Below, one piece after another: positions 57,328 through 64,000 of a stretch of DNA of 64,000 nucleotides (position 1 is its first letter; every line of letters starts with the position of its first letter). The notes beneath the pieces are model-generated. The model did no database searches. It was not told the DNA's origin and saw nothing but the letters and a program-made list of their open reading frames with translations. Location: NCBI GenBank assembly GCA_964035545.1, contig OZ037765.1, forward strand, positions 32,549,504 to 32,613,503. The letters are read 5' to 3'. This DNA is from Bugula neritina (lineage: Eukaryota; Animalia; Bryozoa). The position numbers were made by a program, and so were the translations under genes.

Positions 57328-60300
57328 CTTGTTTTCAAGTGTATACTACAATGGCTAGTCACTGTATGCTTGATATGATGGATATGTCAGTGAGAGAGTA
57401 TGTTATGTAAGAATGACATTCATTCCTGGAGAGTTGATAAGTTCTATAAAACAATTGTATGCAGAAGATTAATAAATAGCATAACATTTTATAAAAAATC
57501 ATAAATAGCATAGCATCTATATAAATAAAATGTTATAGTAAGGTTAATAGCAGATTGCAATACTCCACCATTATAATGAAACTGGATGAAGTAAAGTTTG
57601 ATAAATAAAATTCAAACAAAAAGTCCGTGCCATTTGAAATATAACATGGTCACTAGCCTATGACTAACGACTGAGTTTGGTAATAGTATGGTTGCCATTA
57701 TGATTATGATTTCATAATTATTGTTCACTAAAATCGTCATTGCGTTTGCAGCTGGGAATGTGTAGCTCAACTTGTTACTTGTGATTACTTGTGCAATATT
57801 CTAACTCATTAATCAATTACTCATGGTCACCTTGATTTTATCATTATCATTATCAAATTGAATTTAATAAAACAAATAAAAGCACGCTAATGATCAGTAT
57901 CACAATAATTATAACAATAATTATATCTAATTCTTATAAATTAATATTATTCCCATTATCAAACTTACGATATTCACATTTTTATTTAGTTTTACTGTTA
58001 TAATATTAATATACTTGACATTTAAAATTAATATTACCATTGACTTTGAGATTCAATTTATGTTAATGTTAAACTTAAAGTTAATGTTATGCTTATTTAC
58101 AATTAATATTATTATAACTATCATAATTATTAAATTTAATTATAATATTATTAAATTTAACATTAATCATTATTTATATTATAAACTACAATATGAATAT
58201 GAATAACAATATAATTATAAATTATATTCATATTGTAGTTTTGCAGATGTTTCTTTAAGTCAATATTGAATATTGACTTGAAGAAAAATCTGCAAAACTT
58301 TGCCTTAACCTAATTAATAAAGTGGTACACGTAGGTGCAGAAGTGTGTAAAACAATTATAAAATCAAAATGCTTTCATTTCAGTGGCATCAAATTCAGCT
58401 TTGACTCTGGGACAATCATGTGTCGCAAACCGAAGAAAAAGTTGTGTAACATTAATATCATGTGACTGCACTAAAATTCTAGGCCCTTAGTTGCTGCTTA
58501 ACGGTGCTCTGCATACTCACCGAAATCAACTACAGAAAGCGATAGAACTTGACAGAAACTAGGTAACCGAGGTCAAAGAGCAACTCTGCAAATAATACGA
58601 TTTTAGATAAGGAAACGCTGTTAGCGCGGCGCAAAAATATTAGACAACAGGTAAAACTTATTTCTACTGTTTCCTATACTGATATCTAAGTTAACGGACT
58701 GCTATTTTCGCAATACAATGAAAATAGAGTTATCTGCCCATTCTCTAAAGCGCTCTCATTTTTACTGTTATGTCACTGGTAATGTCAGCCACAGAACTGG
58801 AAATCTTTCTAGTTTATTGATGTCAGCTGCCTACATAATATTCATAACGAATATACGAATCCAAAAGCTGCTTAAATAACTGCATAGGAGTATAATATTA
58901 CTCACAATTACTTGGTTGCATATCTGCAAGTTTACACTTCCCCATACGGCATACACAGACAAGATAAGATGAAGCATTATAATATGATGTATGTGAATAA
59001 TACAATACGATGGTATTAAATAACTAAACCACTTTAATGTTAGTACATTTAGCAAAATATTCTAAACTATCTTAATCTTATACTTTGCGTATGTTTATTG
59101 CAATGGTTTCCTAATTTAACTATCCATACTATGTGAAACATATAATATGCATTATATATACTAAGTAACAAATTCCAGATATATATCAGTTGTAAGAGTT
59201 TTAACTGGTTTGACATTACAACCAAATTGCTTTGGACTAATAGCAACTCATGACCTAAATTTGTATATAAAATGTTGTTGTCTATAATTATTGATTGTTT
59301 ATTTTACTTCTTTATCTGAAGAAGGACAACTCCTAAAACATGTAATAGATTTGTTGCAAAGCATAAGAAAAGTATAATTATTATGCTGTTACTCAAGTAG
59401 GCACAAGCCTCTAGTTACTAGCATGCACTCCAATATTGTTGATTTCTCAAAAGAGTTATAGAACAATCTCATTGATATAACTTGTATTGGAATATAAGAA
59501 AACAACATATTATAGCATAATGCAGTGTCTGCGTCTATCTTTCCAATATACCTGTTTATTATCTTTTCACCTAAGTGTACAACTTTTTTGTTTGCCACTT
59601 TGTACAAAAATATATAATGTAATAAGTTTTACAGAAAGCAATTAAATTATAAACCTTAGACAACTTTGTAATCTTTAAAATATTGCAAGTCAAACAAATG
59701 GATGCTGTCTCAATTTTAATTAAACTATTTGAAACAAGGTGGCAAGGTAACAAAACATCAATGATAAGAAAACAGTTTCATCCCACTTTGACGATTTCTA
59801 CTTGAACTATTTTTTTTATTTTGGTACAATATATTATATAGTAATATACAAATATAACTGTTGCATTTACTGCTAAACATGAAATAAGCTATCAAGCCAG
59901 CTATTTGCTTTAACTCAATACTAATTTAGCAACAGTTTATTTATTCAGAATAACAGGTAAAAATGCACAAATGCATTTCATGGTATATCACATACTGCTA
60001 TATTACAACTTTTTCTTATTATATTGTGTCTATCTTTTACCTTTAAGATAAAGGTTTGTGCAAGATGGCTTTAGAAGCATTGTTACTGTAAGTGGCTTGC
60101 TGGTGGCTTCTTTGCTTTCTATTATGTGCTAAATAATAGCATAAAATACATATATTACATTAAAATCTATAAATATAGTGTAAGTGGGAATCGGCTAAAT
60201 GGGATGATACCAATAAAACATCTTCTGCAACGCAAAACTATCAGTTAATATATTCAACATTCAATGTACTGCTATGTGTCATGCGATAAGTGAATAGGCT

Positions 60301-63036
60301 AAAGCCTAAGGCTACAATCTTAAAACCAAACAAATGTACAATTGATGTGTTGATAACTAAGATACGCATTAAAAGCATTTCTAAATAAACAAATACCTTA
60401 ACACTTTTGTTGCAAGGACTTATGAGTTATGCCATGTTGCAAATATGAGAAAGATGCATGGAATACGCAGAACGGCATAAGGTTTTGCCATAACTTGATT
60501 GTTAAATAAAATTGCCAAATTTTATTGTTTATTTATTATATATACTTTATAATCGGTGAAATGTGAAATTAATTTTTACTCAGGGTTCTTAATTTTTAGA
60601 GCTTGAGGGTTAAAAGAGAAATGCTACACTATGATAAACTAACTTATTGATTTATCAATGGGTGTCAGCAATAACAGCTTTCAATTATTCTCAACTAATT
60701 TTGACCCCAGATTGTTCCAACGAGCTAAAAATTAAAATACCTTTAAAGTCTGAAATAACTACTCAGAACATAATACAATGCAGCGTTGGTTTTGCAAGCG
60801 TTAAATTATATTATAGCTTTATGGTGCAAGAATTCTAAAATACAATAATAAAGAATGCAATTAACTTTTAAATAGCCCAGTTGACAAAATAGCCTTCAAG
60901 CATTGATTAATTGTAGCAAACTATTAAAGGTTTTATGTTGCCCAACAATTCTTTGTGTGATTGGTAAAAATTGAAAGTAATTGGATTTATTTCATATATG
61001 GAGACATTATATGAAGCAAGAAAATAATATATTTTGCATTACATAGCAGAAAATAAGGTTCCGTTTCAAAATGCCGCATTTAACAATTAAAATGGTAATA
61101 CTTTCTTGTCTACTTTTATTTCTTTATATTGTAGAACACGCATTATTTGTACACTATGTGTGACGTTATATTGATTAGCATTTAAAAAAGAGTATTTTGT
61201 AGTTAACTACTTTAAATAAAAAACCAGGTAGTGAACCTACATTTCAGATATCTCTGTAGCCATTTTCAGAGTTTGATGATAGATTGCAGTTGTATTTGAA
61301 ATATAAATCCCTTTTATTTATTTATACAAATAAAGTAGTAATAATTTTTTAATTAAATTATCAGCCTGTAAGCATGATATTGGTATCAGTAATATGCCTA
61401 AAGCTTCATATAATATAAGAAAATGCTGATTGTAGAACACTTCTGCTGTTGAAAATAGAGAGCAGCCTGGTCTATATAGCTTAGATATAATTTTCTTAGT
61501 TAATGCTAAATCAACTTTAAAACTACTATTTTATATTTGACAATAAAGTGTGAGCCTATATACTTGGTTTTGATCTTACATTCAGTTTTGCTGTTATACC
61601 TTATTATCTGTTGCAATGTTATTGATGCAGGTGGTTGGCCTAGATTGTTTGCTGCTAGTTTAATATTTTTAATTTCAAAGCCAACTAAGCATTCTGCAGA
61701 TTAAAAGACAGGACTGCAGGTAACTTTCCATGAAGCTTATCCACAACAGCTATACTTAGGTGCTGTTTTGAAGGTTATATAAGTAATTTTGATAGTTTAG
61801 TTTAAAGAAACACATCGATTTGCTAAAAATTTTTAAACACTGGGATATTCTGCTAGCAGTCCAAGTTTGAGTTTAAAAGACATTTTTGGTTAGCAAATAA
61901 AATTAGTAAACATAATTTTTCATGATGCATAAACATTGGCTTTCATTTATTTTTCTACTACGCCTTAAAAACCACTCCAATTTTTTTATTCCTATCTAAC
62001 ACAAGAACAATTAAGTTTTATGACTCAATCATGTAAACCAAAGCATAATTTCAATTGACTTTAATGTTGTTTTAACCCAGCATTACGCGAGAGAAAAAAA
62101 TCTAACCGCAGTCTCGAATCGTCAAGTGTTAATTTTGCGTAACAGCCAATATGACCTCATAAGTTTAATATTCATGTATTTATACTGACCAATCAAAAGC
62201 TAAGCTATATTTATAGCAATGGCTATTTGCTAGCTCAGTGTTAGACCACCAAAGATGGCTTTATAGTTTCATAGACTCTGCCAAGTGAATGAATAATTTA
62301 CATATTAATTTATCAGGAACTGCATAATGTTTTTTTCTTCTCTAATTATTCTGTATACATATTGAGATGAATGTTGAAAGGAAAAACCACTACTTTTTTT
62401 AATCTCAAAGTATTAACTATGTATATAATACTGCTATAAAGCGCTTACTCATTCAATTAAGCCAAATTTATTTCTTAAAGCCAATTATTAAAAATAAGGA
62501 ATGGCTAAAGACAGTCTACGGGAGCACCGGCATTGGCATTGCTAGTCCTAATCATACTCTCCTTTTTCCAGTGGAACTAATTTTAATTTTTATGCCACAT
62601 TGCATTGAAAATCAGGATGTCCAATTATAGTGTCTAGTTAATAGTCTGCTCTGCCCTATTTGACAAATTTTTTCTATTTTCTATTCAGCTAGCAGATGAT
62701 GTGTATAGGACAAGGCACTGTAGTATAATCTTTAATGTAATGTAGCATAGTGTGATTTAATGCAATATAGTACAATACACAGTATAAATAATAGAACACA
62801 ATAGTTCGTAATATGATATGCCTTGGAATAAGCTAATATGACATAGCATATTATATGACTTGGTGCAACATGATGTAATGTAGTATGCTGTAAACGTAGG
62901 TTTAGTATTCGCTTATTTCTTATAAATTTTAGGATATAGCAGCGTAGTTGACTTGATGTACCTACTTAGTTACTATATGATATTCTATAACTGGTTGTTG
63001 TAGTTATTGTTGTATGTCTGAGGTGCAATGGTATCT

Positions 63037-63278
63037 ATTGAGACTTTACATAAGCTGGGAAAGCTTTTCCCTAAGTCATTGTAGCTTTTCACGTATCATC
63101 ACCGCTATGCCAGCTATATTATGCTTTTTATATGGCTATTAAACAATAGCTGACCTTTTTGACTGGTATACAAAAACCCAGCATTTTCATTTATCTTTTC
63201 ACTTACACTTGCAAACTTGCAACTACACTTATAACACAGTTTTTCACATCGGTATTTTCTTTCAGTCTGCTACAATAA
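63037..63278. repeat. Dispersed repeat, inverted copy of ~36838-37117
   Basis: See the partner copy. Confidence 0.75.
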
Positions 63279-64000
63279 ACATTTTTATATACAAAAAACA
63301 ACAGTAATAAAGAAAGCTTGTGCTCTAAATGTGACAGGATAGCATAATACCACAAACCAAACTTTATGAAGCTTCATCACTTTAAGTTAAAGAACTAGAG
63401 CTATTTCCTACACCCAAATGCTGAAGCTACCTGACTCAGTCAGTAGTACTAACGACCAATGATATGGAATACTAATGGCTAAAATTATTAACTGTACAAC
63501 TATATCAAAGGTAACATTTAAGAAATAGTTTTACATAATAGTAAGCTATTGACCATACCCACAGCATTGAGTGCATCGTGCTCGGCAACGGAAGCCATAG
63601 TTGAATGCTCTTCCTGCCACTAACCATGCAGACTAGACAGACACCTGTTTAACACTGTCATAGCATGTTTCAGTTGATTGCATAACACTAGCTGAATGAA
63701 AGTTTGACTGCAAGCAAGTGAATAAATTGATGTTAAACTTTTGCTAACAGTATAATTTGAGTTTTGCTATTAAACTTATGGTAATTTTATTCCCGCAAGC
63801 ACTTCTTGGTACAAACTTGATTATATAATTGCGGTTGAAATGAGGAAACTGATTCCAACTATTTTATTTCCACTTTTGTAGCACAAATTTGTCAAAGCAG
63901 TGTTTAAACTAATTACACAAAATGCCCCATTGAGTCTCTCAATTTGATTTATTTAACAGCAAAATTCAATGTACAGCACAATTCAACAATGTATATGGAA

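Overview
AT-rich, intron-containing eukaryotic (animal-like, probably invertebrate) genomic DNA. The left two-thirds holds two paralogous Roco-family genes arranged head-to-head. Gene A (minus strand, 8388 down to 267, continuing off the left edge) encodes LRRs, a degenerate Roc GTPase and COR. Gene B (plus strand, 14150-41557, about 1453 aa by my exon model) has a predicted MGxxxS N-terminus, seven near-identical 144-nt phase-2 LRR exons with hypervariable surface positions, an intact Roc GTPase, COR, and a C-terminal caspase (C14) p20/p10 fold whose catalytic Cys is replaced by Tyr (QACRG->ETYKG). I read this as a candidate paired innate-immune or cell-death receptor system. The LRR-exon introns carry many DNA transposons (ISL2EU foldback, Tc1 remnant, MITEs) and a tRNA-derived SINE. 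To the right lies an 11-exon Spinster-like MFS transporter (minus strand, 57327-42928). One of its introns holds a complete, apparently very young Gmr1-type Gypsy element (integrase before RT, 538-bp LTRs, ACCAG TSD), and three minisatellites each amplify one of its splice sites. The last ~6 kb shows no clear coding sequence. All exon models were built by eye from splice signals, phase and protein motifs; no database searches were run.
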